Below the pieces are notes generated by a model, which was not told where the DNA came from, did no database searches, and saw only the letters and a list, made by a program, of their open reading frames with translations. From the NCBI GenBank assembly GCA_027923505.1, contig BROI01000012.1:682001-746000 (forward strand): a DNA stretch of 64,000 bases, in the 5' to 3' direction. Positions 1 through 11,347 of this stretch are shown here, in pieces; position 1 is the stretch's first letter; every line of letters starts with the position of its first letter. Both the position numbers and the translations under genes were made by a program. Source of the DNA: Mayamaea pseudoterrestris (taxonomy: Eukaryota).

Positions 1-1
1 T

Positions 2-1399
2 ATACTGCAGATTCAGCCGTCGGAAAATCCAGCGCAACCATTTTCGCATGTTTTGCAGTTTAATGAGGAACAGCCGCCGAATATTGCAGCTGGCAGAGTC
101 ATTGATTGTTACCAGACGGCAACTAACGAGGAGACGCACAAGCTTGTCATGGAGTTTGAACATACTTTGCCAGAGTACGATGGCATGGAAGGCAAAGGAA
201 ACGGTCCGCGATATTGTCCGTCTCTCTATAAAAAGGTACAACGCTTTTCGGAGCGCAATAGTCACAATTGCTTTCTCGAGCCAGAAGGCTTGAGTACAGA
301 CATTGTATATCCGAACGGCATGAGCGGCCCATTTCCACCAGAGATTCAGCTAAAAATCATGCGCAGCATGAAGGGTCTCGGCGCCGTCGAAATTGTTCGG
401 CCTGGATACGACGTGGAGTACGATTTTGTCAATCCACAATCACTCACACATACACTGGAAACGAAACGAATCGGCGGCTTGTATCTGGCAGGTCAAATCT
501 GCGGCACGACTGGTTATGAGGAAGCTGCGGCCCAGGGAATTATTGCCGGAGCAAATGCTGGCCAATCAGCAGTAGCTGCCTCTTCGGGCGACACAGCTCC
601 TTTACCTTTTGTAATTGGGCGTGATGAAGGTTACATTGGGGTGCTTATTGACGATTTAGTGACGCGGGGTACATTAGAACCTTATCGAATGTTCACTTCT
701 CGAGCAGAATATCGCATCAGCTTACGAGCAGACAATGCCGACTTGCGATTGACGCGCAAGGGGGCCGAGTGTGGTCTTGTAGTCGATGACGAAAGGATAT
801 CTGCCGTGGATGCTCGCGAGCTCATGATTGATGATCGAATCAGGCGTCTGCAAGCATTTGACTTGAAGGTGGTTGACTGGGCTGCACGTGGCGGCAATAG
901 TCTAATGGGAGGGCAGCAGATCAACCGCAAAAAGGGTCAGAAGAAGACTGCGGAAGAGGTCCTCATAATGCCTCATGTTTCATTAAAAGACGTTGAAGAT
1001 ATTATGGTCGAGCATCTCTCACCTGATGACTTGTTGGAAGGTGGGCATGCAGATAGTCGGACGCCGCTCGCTGTTTTCGACACAGTTGAAGCGTCCATCA
1101 AATACAAGTCATACGTGAGACGACAATATAAAGATATGGAGAGCTGGCGGCGAGCGCAAGGACTTCGCATTCCTCCTGATGTTGTGTACGACCGGATAAA
1201 TTTGCCAACGCTAAGTATTGAGGAGCTTGAAAAGCTTCGAGATGCAAGACCAGCTACTTTTGCAGAGGCATCTCAAATCAGCGGCGTAACCCCACAAAGT
1301 CTTGTGTATTTGTACCACCATGTGAATCGTCGGAACCGACAACGAGACGGTCGGGCAAAATCATACGTTGCAAAGAAACGCGACATCGCAGCAGTATAG
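2..1399 (+). CDS. MTO1: tRNA uridine 5-carboxymethylaminomethyl modification enzyme MnmG/GidA (MTO1), 5'-truncated by window edge
   Basis: Motifs GPRYCPS, FLEPEGL, RPGYDVEYD, GLYLAGQICGTTGYEEAAAQG, GVLIDDLVTRGTLEPYRMFTSRAEYR. The frame is open back to base 2. Confidence 0.95.
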   Translation: MLQIQPSENPAQPFSHVLQFNEEQPPNIAAGRVIDCYQTATNEETHKLVMEFEHTLPEYDGMEGKGNGPRYCPSLYKKVQRFSERNSHNCFLEPEGLSTDIVYPNGMSGPFPPEIQLKIMRSMKGLGAVEIVRPGYDVEYDFVNPQSLTHTLETKRIGGLYLAGQICGTTGYEEAAAQGIIAGANAGQSAVAASSGDTAPLPFVIGRDEGYIGVLIDDLVTRGTLEPYRMFTSRAEYRISLRADNADLRLTRKGAECGLVVDDERISAVDARELMIDDRIRRLQAFDLKVVDWAARGGNSLMGGQQINRKKGQKKTAEEVLIMPHVSLKDVEDIMVEHLSPDDLLEGGHADSRTPLAVFDTVEASIKYKSYVRRQYKDMESWRRAQGLRIPPDVVYDRINLPTLSIEELEKLRDARPATFAEASQISGVTPQSLVYLYHHVNRRNRQRDGRAKSYVAKKRDIAAV

Positions 1400-1494
1400 C
1401 ATCCTAACAGTAACGGCATAAAGTATGTCAAGTTTAATCAACTTTCTATTTTGTAAATGATGCTTTTTCTGATTCAACAAGCCATCTTTAATAC

Positions 1495-4026
1495 TTAAAT
1501 ACCCGTCTCGACGGCAAGAAGCACAAGTTTGTCCCTTTTCAAGTTCTCGGGTGCGTAGATGCCCCTGATCTGGAGAAGTCGGCGAATCGAGGAACTGTCC
1601 ATTGACTTCAGCGTCGCGCTGTACTTTTCGCAAGTCTTGTAAACTAGTTCAAACTTGCTCATGTGGCTGAGTGCCTTGTAGTTAAAACCTTCCAACAAAA
1701 CCTTTTCAAGGTCTTCCTTTGTCAGCATCTCATAGTTGCGCGTATCAAACGGCAAAGGCTTGCCATTCCCACCTCGGCCTCGGCGGCCTTGACGCTGCAA
1801 AGTAGATTGCCAACGAACCATGAGCGTGTTCAAATCCCCGCGGCAAACACTCGCCACTCCAACGTTGCCACCACGGCATGCCTGGTACGCCTTGTACACG
1901 AGAATGGCGGCAATGACAGAAAATGCTCCATATGCATGGCTGCTTTGTGCCATGCTCGTTCGTCCTTCTAGCAGAGAGACAGCTCCACTTCTGCTAAAGT
2001 AGATGCCTTCGAGCATCGACGGTGAAGAAGAAGCGACCTGAATCGCTTCAGTCGTGACAGGAGAAACAACCGGCGACAAGGAAGGAGCGACCTGAATCGC
2101 TTCCATTATAATAGGAGCAACCACTGGCGAGAGAGAGCTTATGATTACATCATGCTCATAAGCAACTGACGTGGGAGAGTCAAGAAATACTCCTTGATTC
2201 GAATCAGTCAAAGCAGCATGCTCGTCAAATGTGGAAAAAGTGAGCTCGTCATCAAATCGGATGCCAGCATCACATACTTCGGGGACGTCTTCCACATACG
2301 CAGCATCCAACGCGAAGGGACTGAGCTCAAAATTTTCATCCTTCAAAAGATTCGAGTCGGTGTTAACATCCAAGGCGTCAAAGAAGCTTTCCTCGCTTGT
2401 TGTTGTGTCGTCCGCAGAAGAAGCGCCTTCCACAATGGACGTAACAAGTACAGATGAATTATCGTCCACAGATGGTTCGAAGACGCTAAAAGTGACCGTC
2501 ATCTCGCTTTCCTCCTCAACATCCTTAACTCCAAATGGCACCGATTCGGGCTCCCTCGAATGCATCAACAAGGTGCTGTCGTCACTCGATATAGACCCAT
2601 GCTTTGCCTCGCGAGATATGATATACATCAAGCTTGCTGGAACCGATAAGACTGCAAGTACAGCCAAGCAAATGCGTGTGATTTTCAAACAATCGCAACC
2701 ATTATTACGCTGCATCACGACTCCATCTGCCACTTCCTGTCCAAATTCCTCAATCGGCGCAAGACGATGCCCTGCCCCTCGACCTTCTCTTTGGCGCGCC
2801 GCTCCTCGAAAAGATTGTTCTGGAGCGGTTAATTGTTCGACAACTGGCGCTGACGAAATCTCCGTGACTGGATCATGCGTAAAGGCGTTTTCAACATCGT
2901 TTAATTGCTCAACAGCTGCCACTGGTGGAACATTCACCGCCGGATTCTCAATAGGAGCGGGCGCTGCATTCATCGGCGGATATTTCGCCACTGGAATTGC
3001 TGGTGACTGGCCACCCACCTTATCCTTTTCAGCAGCACATTGCTCAAATTTAGCAGACTTAGTAACAGTCGGAAATAGCGCCTCGCCCTCTGCTATAGCC
3101 ACCAAGGGATCCGCAGCTGCGACGTTAATTGTGGCATTCTCCATATTGCTCATCTGTGGATTATTCGCTACCAAATCATCGAACTGAGTCGTCTCCTCAT
3201 AACGTTTCCCAACATGACCATGTTCAGATGCAATCGGATGATCCGCTGCTACCGCACTGTCGAACATGCCTTGTTTCGTCAACATTGGATGATTGTCGGC
3301 CATTGCAGTCGCAACATTTCCCGCAGCCGCATTCTCACCGCCGGCAGCCTCCGCCACATCGACTCCATGGGTGGCCAGCGGCGCCTGCTCGCCCGCTGCA
3401 TCAGCTTGCAAATCATCGTCGTGGACCATTTCCAACGGCGAGACTTGTTCGCGAGGAGTTGCTGGCGGCGACTGCAGCAGCAAGCGCTCCATCGATCCGC
3501 CATCATCAAGATCCACGTCGCTGGGATTGAGCGAAAGAACTTCCGAGTTGGCATCCTGCAAACGAGCAGCCTGAAATTGCTCGTGATCCACTTTAGCATA
3601 TAAACCGTCCTTGTTGCGCGTCTCGTCAAGAGGAGCAGGGGCCATAAACTCAATGTCTTGGGGAATATCGCGAGGAATCTCGTCGGCAGCAGCAGCCTGC
3701 TCACGAGCCAGCAACAAATCTTGATAGAGACGATCATGCTCCTCCGCCGCGTGAAACAAATCATCCTTCTTAATTCGTTTGAGTGATGAAGGAGAAATTG
3801 ACGCGGCAAGAATGTCTTGAGGGACTTGAATAGCAACGTCAATCTCCGTCGGCTTGGCAGCAACAATCGTTTGGCGTTCCAGTTGTGACTGCGAAAGGTC
3901 GGGCGCATTGTCGTAGGAGAGCTTGCGATCAACAATTTGAAAGTCTTCGCAAGTGTCTTGAGTGACTGGCTTGACGTTGGTAGTCGCCGGGGGGTCCGTC
4001 GGAGCAGCGCGGCGGCGGCCAAACAT
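1495..4026 (-). CDS. Uncharacterised acidic membrane protein with two hydrophobic segments and short helical (HeH/SAP-like?) modules at the C-terminus
   Basis: 843-aa ATG-initiated ORF. Hydrophobic stretches ICLAVLAVLSVPASLMYII and AYGAFSVIAAILVY; internal repeat SLSPVV..EAIQVA x2. Confidence 0.7.
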   Translation of the reverse strand: MFGRRRAAPTDPPATTNVKPVTQDTCEDFQIVDRKLSYDNAPDLSQSQLERQTIVAAKPTEIDVAIQVPQDILAASISPSSLKRIKKDDLFHAAEEHDRLYQDLLLAREQAAAADEIPRDIPQDIEFMAPAPLDETRNKDGLYAKVDHEQFQAARLQDANSEVLSLNPSDVDLDDGGSMERLLLQSPPATPREQVSPLEMVHDDDLQADAAGEQAPLATHGVDVAEAAGGENAAAGNVATAMADNHPMLTKQGMFDSAVAADHPIASEHGHVGKRYEETTQFDDLVANNPQMSNMENATINVAAADPLVAIAEGEALFPTVTKSAKFEQCAAEKDKVGGQSPAIPVAKYPPMNAAPAPIENPAVNVPPVAAVEQLNDVENAFTHDPVTEISSAPVVEQLTAPEQSFRGAARQREGRGAGHRLAPIEEFGQEVADGVVMQRNNGCDCLKITRICLAVLAVLSVPASLMYIISREAKHGSISSDDSTLLMHSREPESVPFGVKDVEEESEMTVTFSVFEPSVDDNSSVLVTSIVEGASSADDTTTSEESFFDALDVNTDSNLLKDENFELSPFALDAAYVEDVPEVCDAGIRFDDELTFSTFDEHAALTDSNQGVFLDSPTSVAYEHDVIISSLSPVVAPIIMEAIQVAPSLSPVVSPVTTEAIQVASSSPSMLEGIYFSRSGAVSLLEGRTSMAQSSHAYGAFSVIAAILVYKAYQACRGGNVGVASVCRGDLNTLMVRWQSTLQRQGRRGRGGNGKPLPFDTRNYEMLTKEDLEKVLLEGFNYKALSHMSKFELVYKTCEKYSATLKSMDSSSIRRLLQIRGIYAPENLKRDKLVLLAVETGI

Positions 4027-4763
4027 GGTAATCGTCGTTGATATTGCGGTTTGCTAGTATAGGCAATGCTTCAGGCTTCAGGCAGCGTGAGCGAGAAGAA
4101 TAAGTGTGCTTTCACAGCACGATGAGAGACGACTGATCGAGGCGTCTGCGATCGTATCACGACTGCAAGCGTGTGAAAGGGCTCGCTGATTGGGACCCTT
4201 CGGTTCGAAGCTTATAGGAGAAGAGGTGCATTCTCCATCGTGGAACGTGTCGGTCGTCCGTTTCCTTCTCCAACGAATCACGCGAAAACCTCATTGCGGA
4301 AGCAAGGCAAACCTTTTCCTTTGCAAATTTATATACTGAAGTAATGACATTATTACTTGAGTGCACCTGTCTATCTAATCGTCCGTTCCAAGAGTGGTTT
4401 TCCCATGGTTGCTGCCTTGATTGTGGTCTTGTTCCGCTTGCGAGGGAAGTGCGACACGATACGAGTCTTAGCGGTTTTGCTTGGCCGTCGTTTTAGCTAC
4501 GTACGCAAACTGCGTAATTTTTGAATAAGAGTTCTACTATTTTTGTGTACCAATATACGATAAGAGACACATCTTTGAGCATGCAACGCATACTATCAAT
4601 CAACAATGTGCGATCGAGGCCTCAAAATGACCTGACCGGTAACAAAAGCTGCGGCGGACACTTACATAAAGCTCAGGCATCGCGGCGTTACATCTATTAC
4701 CCTAGTGACAATGATACACTTTACAACAAATACAACACTGTGTACTTATGCGATCAAGCGGCG

Positions 4764-7449
4764 TCAAGATTTAGTAATGTCGTCGATTCCGAATTTCCAG
4801 GCATATCGCAAGTAGAGCAGGAAGAGGAGCAACAACATTATCGACTGTATTATCACTTGCCAAGAAACGCCGCGCTCCGCCTTTTCCACAATGTCGTCAG
4901 GCACATACTTGGAATCGTAGCGCTCCTCCAATCCATGCTCATGCCGACTTCCACGCAGCTTTGAGAAAATTGTCGGAGGTTTCTCTTCGCCAAATGGAAC
5001 AGCAAAGTCGTCAAGCTTTCCGCGAAAACGAGCCATCATGCTTAAACGTGCAGCATGGCGATTACTCGTATTAATGACGAGCCATGGATTCCTATAGTGA
5101 ATGGGGCCATTGGCCTGGCCGCCAACATGCCCGACAATGTCCGTATTTCGCACCACCGAGCTGAATCTGTGCAAATTCTCCTCGTAGTGATTGAACGCTA
5201 TAAAGTCAGTCGGATCAATGTGCAAAAGAATCTCATTTAGTCCCTCATGAGCGTGCGAAATTGAGGAGTTGGCGTCGAGCCATACCTTGAGATCTTGCGC
5301 AATCTTCTTGTGCGCCAAACGCTTGCCCAATGTCGCCGCAATCTTGTCCCTATCCGTCACAAAGAAGCATTTGAAAAAGAGAACGTCATTATGCCTGCAG
5401 TTGTAGTCGTATTCACGAAACTCTTTATAGTGCTGCATCTTTTCCTCAAAGCTCAGCTTATCCAAGTTGCCATAGACAAAATCGCCAACCGGTCCGCGAT
5501 CCCAAACGAGCGCAGCGTAGTCGGGAGGCTCACTATCTTGATCGTACATGTCGTCTGGGTATTGGAATCGACTACGATCCATCCAAGGCTTGTTTCGCTG
5601 TTCTGGTGTCGGTGGTCGATTATGCTGCGCAATTTGAACATCGTAACCACATCGTTGGAGTGCGTTGCAGATGAGCAAACCAGTTGAACTTTTTCCAGCG
5701 CAATCTAAACCTTCCAGATACAAAATGACTCGCTTCGGAGCCTTGCCAGACTTTTGGTATCGAGCAATTTGCTTGGCCATCTTGTGCACTTCCCGCTCTA
5801 CCTCCCTCCATCGGCGATCGTCGATCCATTGCTTAAATGTCTGGCGGCCGTTGCGGATAAACGCCTTGAGACTGGCCAAATCTGTCGGAGGCGATGGCTG
5901 CTTGCTAAGTAGTGGGTAACGCTTGTGCTCTGGCATAGCCCATGTCCCCTGTATGCGACAAGCATTGGCGTAATCCGCAAGCTCCTCATCGTGCCTACTT
6001 GTCAGTGCTGCCCATTCCTGGTGCGAAAAGAATGCTCCCGAGTAGGTAAATCCTCGAATCTTGGCCTCACGAGGTGTCGCCGCGTCCAGTATCGTTGCGT
6101 CACACTGGTCGTGAAGACGATCCGAGTAAAAATGAGCGCGTCGCTCCAACAAGATGAATCGAGGCATTTCATCCAAAATGCTCGGTCCGTAGGGCGTGCA
6201 ATTTAATAAAATCTTGCACTTGTCTTCCGTCTTGCAATATACCGAGTACCCACCAGTGCCGGATCCAAACACATGAAAGCCAATGGCGGCAAGGTTTGTG
6301 CGAGTCAAGTCTGGATCCTTGCCGTGCCCAATAGCTTCGGCCACGGCGCGAGCCAGGCTCAAGAGTTGGGCATCAAGTGCAATTGGCTGGTAATTGCCCG
6401 ACTTTTCGTGAAAATGCATGATACTCATGGTTGGCCTCCATCGATAGTTGGCGTTTCGATATGTATTGTAGGTTAGCTGACGACCAAATCGCGATCCTTG
6501 GAAGGACATGGCGAATGGGAGAAGTGCCCGCATGAGTCCCAACGTGATAATGACTGGACGGTTCTGGACTTCCAAATGCGGCTGCAAGAACGCTCCTGAT
6601 AAAGGCAGCGCAATGAATCTTCCTACCCAATCAACAAAGTCTCGGCTCCAGTAACGAAAGCATCGATTTCCGAGAAAGGCACTAAAGGCACGCACGCACG
6701 TCATGATCAGTGGAATTTAAATGACCATGATATGGAAACGAAACACTGATTTTTCACTTACAACCCTTCTGCCAGTCCAACCTCGTAGAATCGATGATCG
6801 ACGCGAGCCTCCCAAGCGCGGCAAACGGCCAAAACAATTCGAAGTGTTCTTGTGTAGGGGTGTACGCTTGCCAAAAAGACGTGAGCATATCCACCTCGTC
6901 CAATCGCCTTCTCGCTTCGAATAGCTTGCTTGAGCTGCTTCCGTCTCGTGACATCCAGCATCGCAATGAGATCCCTGTCAATGAATGCAGGGTGAGACTT
7001 AACATATAATCATACGCGTTTAACAAGATATATCAATGTACTCACCAATTCTCCGCAACCATGTTCCAGCAATAGGCTCCACTCAATCGCACCAATAACC
7101 TCGACGTCTTCCACCAGTGACGAAATTGATTGAGCTGAAATACCCAAAAGTTGCGATGCCGCGAATACCGCTTTTGCGGTGGAAGGTACGGATTGGTCCT
7201 CGGATGATTATGCGAGTGGTGGTGCGGCTCCATAAAGAGCTTGTAAATCAATTCGGCTAGAACCACATTGACCTTGTCGGGTATTAGATTGGGCTTGCCA
7301 ATCAACAGTTCACGCTCTGTTCCAATTTCGACGTTTTGTTTAGGATAAATGGTCGGGGGAATGCGAGTCAGCTGACGGTTGCTTGGATTATTTTCATCCT
7401 CTTCGGCGGTCGAACAATTTACAACGAGAGCATCATAGCGGCGTGCCAT
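4764..7449 (-). CDS. Polyphosphate kinase 2 (PPK2) family protein with long N-terminal extension and C-terminal TM helix. Exons 7449-7046, 6974-6762, 6681-4764
   Basis: Walker A-like VILYLEGLDCAGKSS, PPTPEQRNKPW, Walker B-like VWDRGP, PWLVINTSNRHAARL. Two GT-AG introns (7045-6975, 6761-6682) join three ORF-track fragments in frame (ENW-DLIAMLD; EGF-AFLGNR). Confidence 0.8.
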
Positions 7450-7736
7450 GATGATTCTCTCGCAAGGCAAGATAGCTCGCTTACAAGGCCCTCAAAGACG
7501 TAGATGGTGCAGTAGTACCTTTGATTTGAAGATTACTGGCACGGTGAGGATGGATTGTTGTTGACGTCGTTAGTTCTCGATCTCGCAGGATTTGCCGTCA
7601 TGGCGGTCGACAGCGAAAGATCTTGATCGCGTTGCGACACACAAGATGAGCGGCGAGGACGACGACAGCTTCACCATGGCTCTTGTCAATTTGCGGCTGC
7701 TCTACTAATCACTGCTCCTCCTCCACTCATTCGACA

Positions 7737-8384
7737 ATGATTCCTCATCCACCAATATTCCTATCAGACATTCGCGTCACGGACATTTACGTGCTCCTCG
7801 CCATTGGTTTCCTGTGGGAGCTGTTGGTTCGCTCGATTCGCTTGCTCGCTTGCCTCAGAAAGCCCCACTGGCTACTGCAACAGGAAGCGCAACTGTCGCT
7901 GCTGAAGCAAATTGTGACGCAACATCAAAACATGGGACCATCGGCCTTTGTGGAAACCTCCAAGCTGGAGCGAAAACTGCTGCAGAGTGAACGAAATTTG
8001 GCGCAAGTGTACTTGCGGCGCGCCCAGAAACAAAAGAAGATCGAGAAACTGCTCCAGCGATATGGCAATTGGTTCAATGCAGGACTCGTTTTTATTGCAT
8101 ACTATGGCGTTCCAGTGTTGACGCTGGAAGGCTTGGATTCCGTCTTGTCGAACGATGGATCGGACGTCATGTACAGCTTGGGACAGGACTACGTTGACGG
8201 CGGCGCCTATTTGAAAGCCTTGCTCTTTCCCATTTCCTACATTGGCTTTGGTCTCAAGCTGAGCAAGTGGGGCATGCCGGCCAGTCATGCGCCAGCTTCT
8301 GTTGGAGCGCTCGCCGTCATGTGGAGCGCGCAAGTGACGTGCTCGCACTTGATGGATGCCGTGGATGCGTATTTTGCGACGTAA
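7737..8384 (+). CDS. Get1/WRB-like tail-anchored protein insertion receptor
   Basis: TM1, coiled coil with SAFVETSKLERKL (cf. Get1 FAKWAKLxRK), TM2, TM3 (VGALAVMWS) layout. Confidence 0.7.
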   Translation: MIPHPPIFLSDIRVTDIYVLLAIGFLWELLVRSIRLLACLRKPHWLLQQEAQLSLLKQIVTQHQNMGPSAFVETSKLERKLLQSERNLAQVYLRRAQKQKKIEKLLQRYGNWFNAGLVFIAYYGVPVLTLEGLDSVLSNDGSDVMYSLGQDYVDGGAYLKALLFPISYIGFGLKLSKWGMPASHAPASVGALAVMWSAQVTCSHLMDAVDAYFAT

Positions 8385-8823
8385 CAGTCAGCAAGGATGG
8401 AGATTTGAAGATTTTTGTGTTCATGCGGAAAGCAAGTTCAAAGGACCAGTATGTATGTACTGGAATGGAATGAGCTATGCTGACAGTGTATGACCGGCAA
8501 GGCGTATTCTATTGGTTGGTATGGCGACTTGTTCGTGTAGAACTTCAAAACTAGAATTAATATCACGCTTCATCCAAACCAGCTTTATTGGCTATTTGAT
8601 ACATATTATATTGACCTCTTCTCGCGCGCCGAATGCAAAAGCACAATGGGGGTGGAAGAAAAACATGACACATGGTGCGCCAAAGCTAATGAGTATCGCA
8701 ACGGTACTCGCGGAGAAAACGGATGCACCTTTTGCGCGACGGCGCGGTTGTCACCATGGAAATACCGCTGATCAGTCACTATCATGCTGCAACATCATTT
8801 CTTCTACTGATACAAATAATGCA

Positions 8824-9675
8824 ATGATGATAATATATCAAGGAAGATGTATTCAATTGGCGTCGCGACTGCCAATTCCTGCGAGTCATCGCCATTCACT
8901 CTTCGCTCCTCCTCATCGAAACGTCATGACGACGCCCTTCGCGCCGCCACTGGAAGCGACGGAACGACCCGTTCGAATCGTCTTGGGCGAGGATGCCGTC
9001 ACTTCATGCAGTACTACTAGCTGGAAGGTGACTTGTCGGGAGCGATTTCCATTGACGCATAACATGCCGTTTCAAAACTTTACGTGGCCACAATCTGAAG
9101 CAAGCAATGACGCCAATCATCAATTTGATTCGCCAGCATTCGACATGGACGCTGCACTCAGTGAGCTGAGTCAAGGATTGCATGCCAGCTCGACTGGTTC
9201 ACAGACAGTCTTCATTGCCAAAGGTCCCTGGATATCGTGGCTATCGCTCTTCTACTTAGAAAGCCTGCCACTGGCTGGCCTCGTCTTGGTGGATCCGCTG
9301 CCACTACATCAACATCAAACCTACGTGAACCAGTTTGAACTATACTACCAGAATCACAAGCACTCGGCTGACTATAAGCTATTTCAAGACTACATGCAAC
9401 ACTGGGACCATTGGTCGCTCCAGCTAGAGCCTGGAGCCGTGCCCATGGTGGTGCTATCCACCATGACGCGAAACGTGTGGCGCAGGGCGGCGCAGGAAAC
9501 GTCCCAGCAACACTCGGGTAGTGTGTTTGGAAACGTACCAGTCTTGGAAATGCTGCCGGCGTTGAGTAGAATTAAACGAAACGACAATGTCGGTAGCAGC
9601 GATACTATTCATTATGCTTACGTTGAGCACGTCGTGGACGTTCTTGCCGACTGGGTGGTTGATCGGGTGCTATGA
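8824..9675 (+). CDS. Uncharacterised protein, possibly degenerate alpha/beta-hydrolase fold (start uncertain)
   Basis: Long ORF. TVFIAKGPWISWLSLFYLESLPLAGLVLVDPLP resembles the hydrolase elbow and 'LVLVDP' strand but lacks GxSxG. Confidence 0.55.
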   Translation: MMIIYQGRCIQLASRLPIPASHRHSLFAPPHRNVMTTPFAPPLEATERPVRIVLGEDAVTSCSTTSWKVTCRERFPLTHNMPFQNFTWPQSEASNDANHQFDSPAFDMDAALSELSQGLHASSTGSQTVFIAKGPWISWLSLFYLESLPLAGLVLVDPLPLHQHQTYVNQFELYYQNHKHSADYKLFQDYMQHWDHWSLQLEPGAVPMVVLSTMTRNVWRRAAQETSQQHSGSVFGNVPVLEMLPALSRIKRNDNVGSSDTIHYAYVEHVVDVLADWVVDRVL

Positions 9676-10284
9676 AACGAAGCAGTTTGATATTCTAATT
9701 TTAAGTGCAGCAGTAATGGCATTTTAATGCAGTCAAGCCAAGCGCGTTCTCGGATGCCAAAGAGGTCGTGGATGGAAATGCGCATGTGAAGACATAGGTC
9801 CGGAGGAGCAGCCAACTACTTTAGCATATCGAATGGTAATTTGCTTTTTACTGTGTCTATTCATGTGCATAAGGAGCCGTGCGCAACCGGGTATGTAACC
9901 TTGGGTTGCTCGACAGTTCAAGTTTGATCCGTTAGCTGATTAGCTCGCAAACTGTTGAAATGCCAAGCATCAATCATCACAATCACGCTGCTTTTCGACT
10001 AGAAGCTTCCATTTCTGCGGCATCCACCTGGCTCCCGATGCAGGTACATAAAAAGCATCAATATCTTGCCCGCCTGCAACAATCCAATCACGGAAGATCC
10101 CGGCAGCCGGATAAAGCGCAGTGAGCAGTGATGGATGTCGCGCAATATCGCAGCAGTACTCACCGTTGCGATCCATCGCAACGGTACTAATGCGACTTCG
10201 CCTTGACGACGACCAATCCAATGGTTTGGATACGACCAGTCGACAAGCCATCAACTTTTTGTAATAACGCTTTGAAAAAACATC

Positions 10285-11124
10285 ATGGCGGTAAAATACT
10301 TTCGAACAAGACGAAAATTATTGTCCTGGCTATACTTGCTCCTTTTTGCGATGCAGTGGAAGCAATGCTCGCCATGGATCATGCAACAACCACCATTTGC
10401 CATGCTATTCCGTCACTTCCAACGAAAGCACTACTTTACAGCAACTACCGGTAGACGACGAGACTCAATAAAAACGTGTTTACAATCCACTTTGGGTTCC
10501 AACAATTACCTTCAATCGATGGAGCAAACTCATCCGGAGCCATCATCAACCATCGTCAAGGCACCAATTCTTTTGCATCATACTTGCATCAAAACTCGCA
10601 ACATTACCACTGCCATTGACTTCTACAGCCTTTTTGGCTACCAGATGGAAGGAAAATTTCGAGCGGGACCTGCCAGAGCAGCTTGGCTCGAGCTGGAGGG
10701 GAGTCAGCATCGGCTTGAACTGATTGAAATTCCCTCGCACATTTTGAATGAACGCCTTGGCCAGCGCCGACGCGCACTTGATTTGATGGAACGACAAGAC
10801 TTGTTGGGGTATAATCATGTTGCTTTAGATGTCACGAATCAAATTGTTGGTAATCAAACATTGGCCATTTGGATTGACAATCTGAACAAGGTCAGTTTGG
10901 AACGCTTTGGAAAGTCACTTCGAGTGGCACTTGAACCAAAACAGCAGATGATTGGAGACGCAGTATTTGAGCTTGCTTTTCTGTCTGATGCTGATGGTTG
11001 CTTAGTAGAGCTGCTTCGCTATCAAGCAGATTTGCCGCAGGTTGTTAACTCTGGCTGGGAACCATGGGATGGGCAATTTGTGGGTCCGGGCTCTGGGGAA
11101 GTAAATGGTGGATTATTCCACTAA
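10285..11124 (+). CDS. VOC/glyoxalase-family protein with N-terminal targeting presequence
   Basis: LHHTCIKTRNITTAIDFYSLFG, LELIE, YNHVALDV, FLSDADGCLVELL metal-binding pattern; hydrophobic N-terminus. Confidence 0.85.
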   Translation: MAVKYFRTRRKLLSWLYLLLFAMQWKQCSPWIMQQPPFAMLFRHFQRKHYFTATTGRRRDSIKTCLQSTLGSNNYLQSMEQTHPEPSSTIVKAPILLHHTCIKTRNITTAIDFYSLFGYQMEGKFRAGPARAAWLELEGSQHRLELIEIPSHILNERLGQRRRALDLMERQDLLGYNHVALDVTNQIVGNQTLAIWIDNLNKVSLERFGKSLRVALEPKQQMIGDAVFELAFLSDADGCLVELLRYQADLPQVVNSGWEPWDGQFVGPGSGEVNGGLFH

Positions 11125-11347
11125 GATCATAAATTTTATAGACCGTTATAATAAGTCTGCTGATTGCTTAGCATAAGCATTGTCTGCTACTACTGGTTAG
11201 GCCACCGGTAGATCACGACTGGCGTTCAGACAACGATGTGACGCAACGGTACTCGTCGACGTCATTATTTTGGCCGAAACGAAAGTTCCAGAAGATCAAG
11301 GTGCAAATGCAACATGCAAGCAGCATGATGTCCGTCCCATTTTCATC

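Noticed and set aside
2231..3187. 318-aa Ser/Thr-rich plus-strand ORF (also 43984-44679 and 19971-20630)
   Set aside because: Antisense shadows of better-supported genes.
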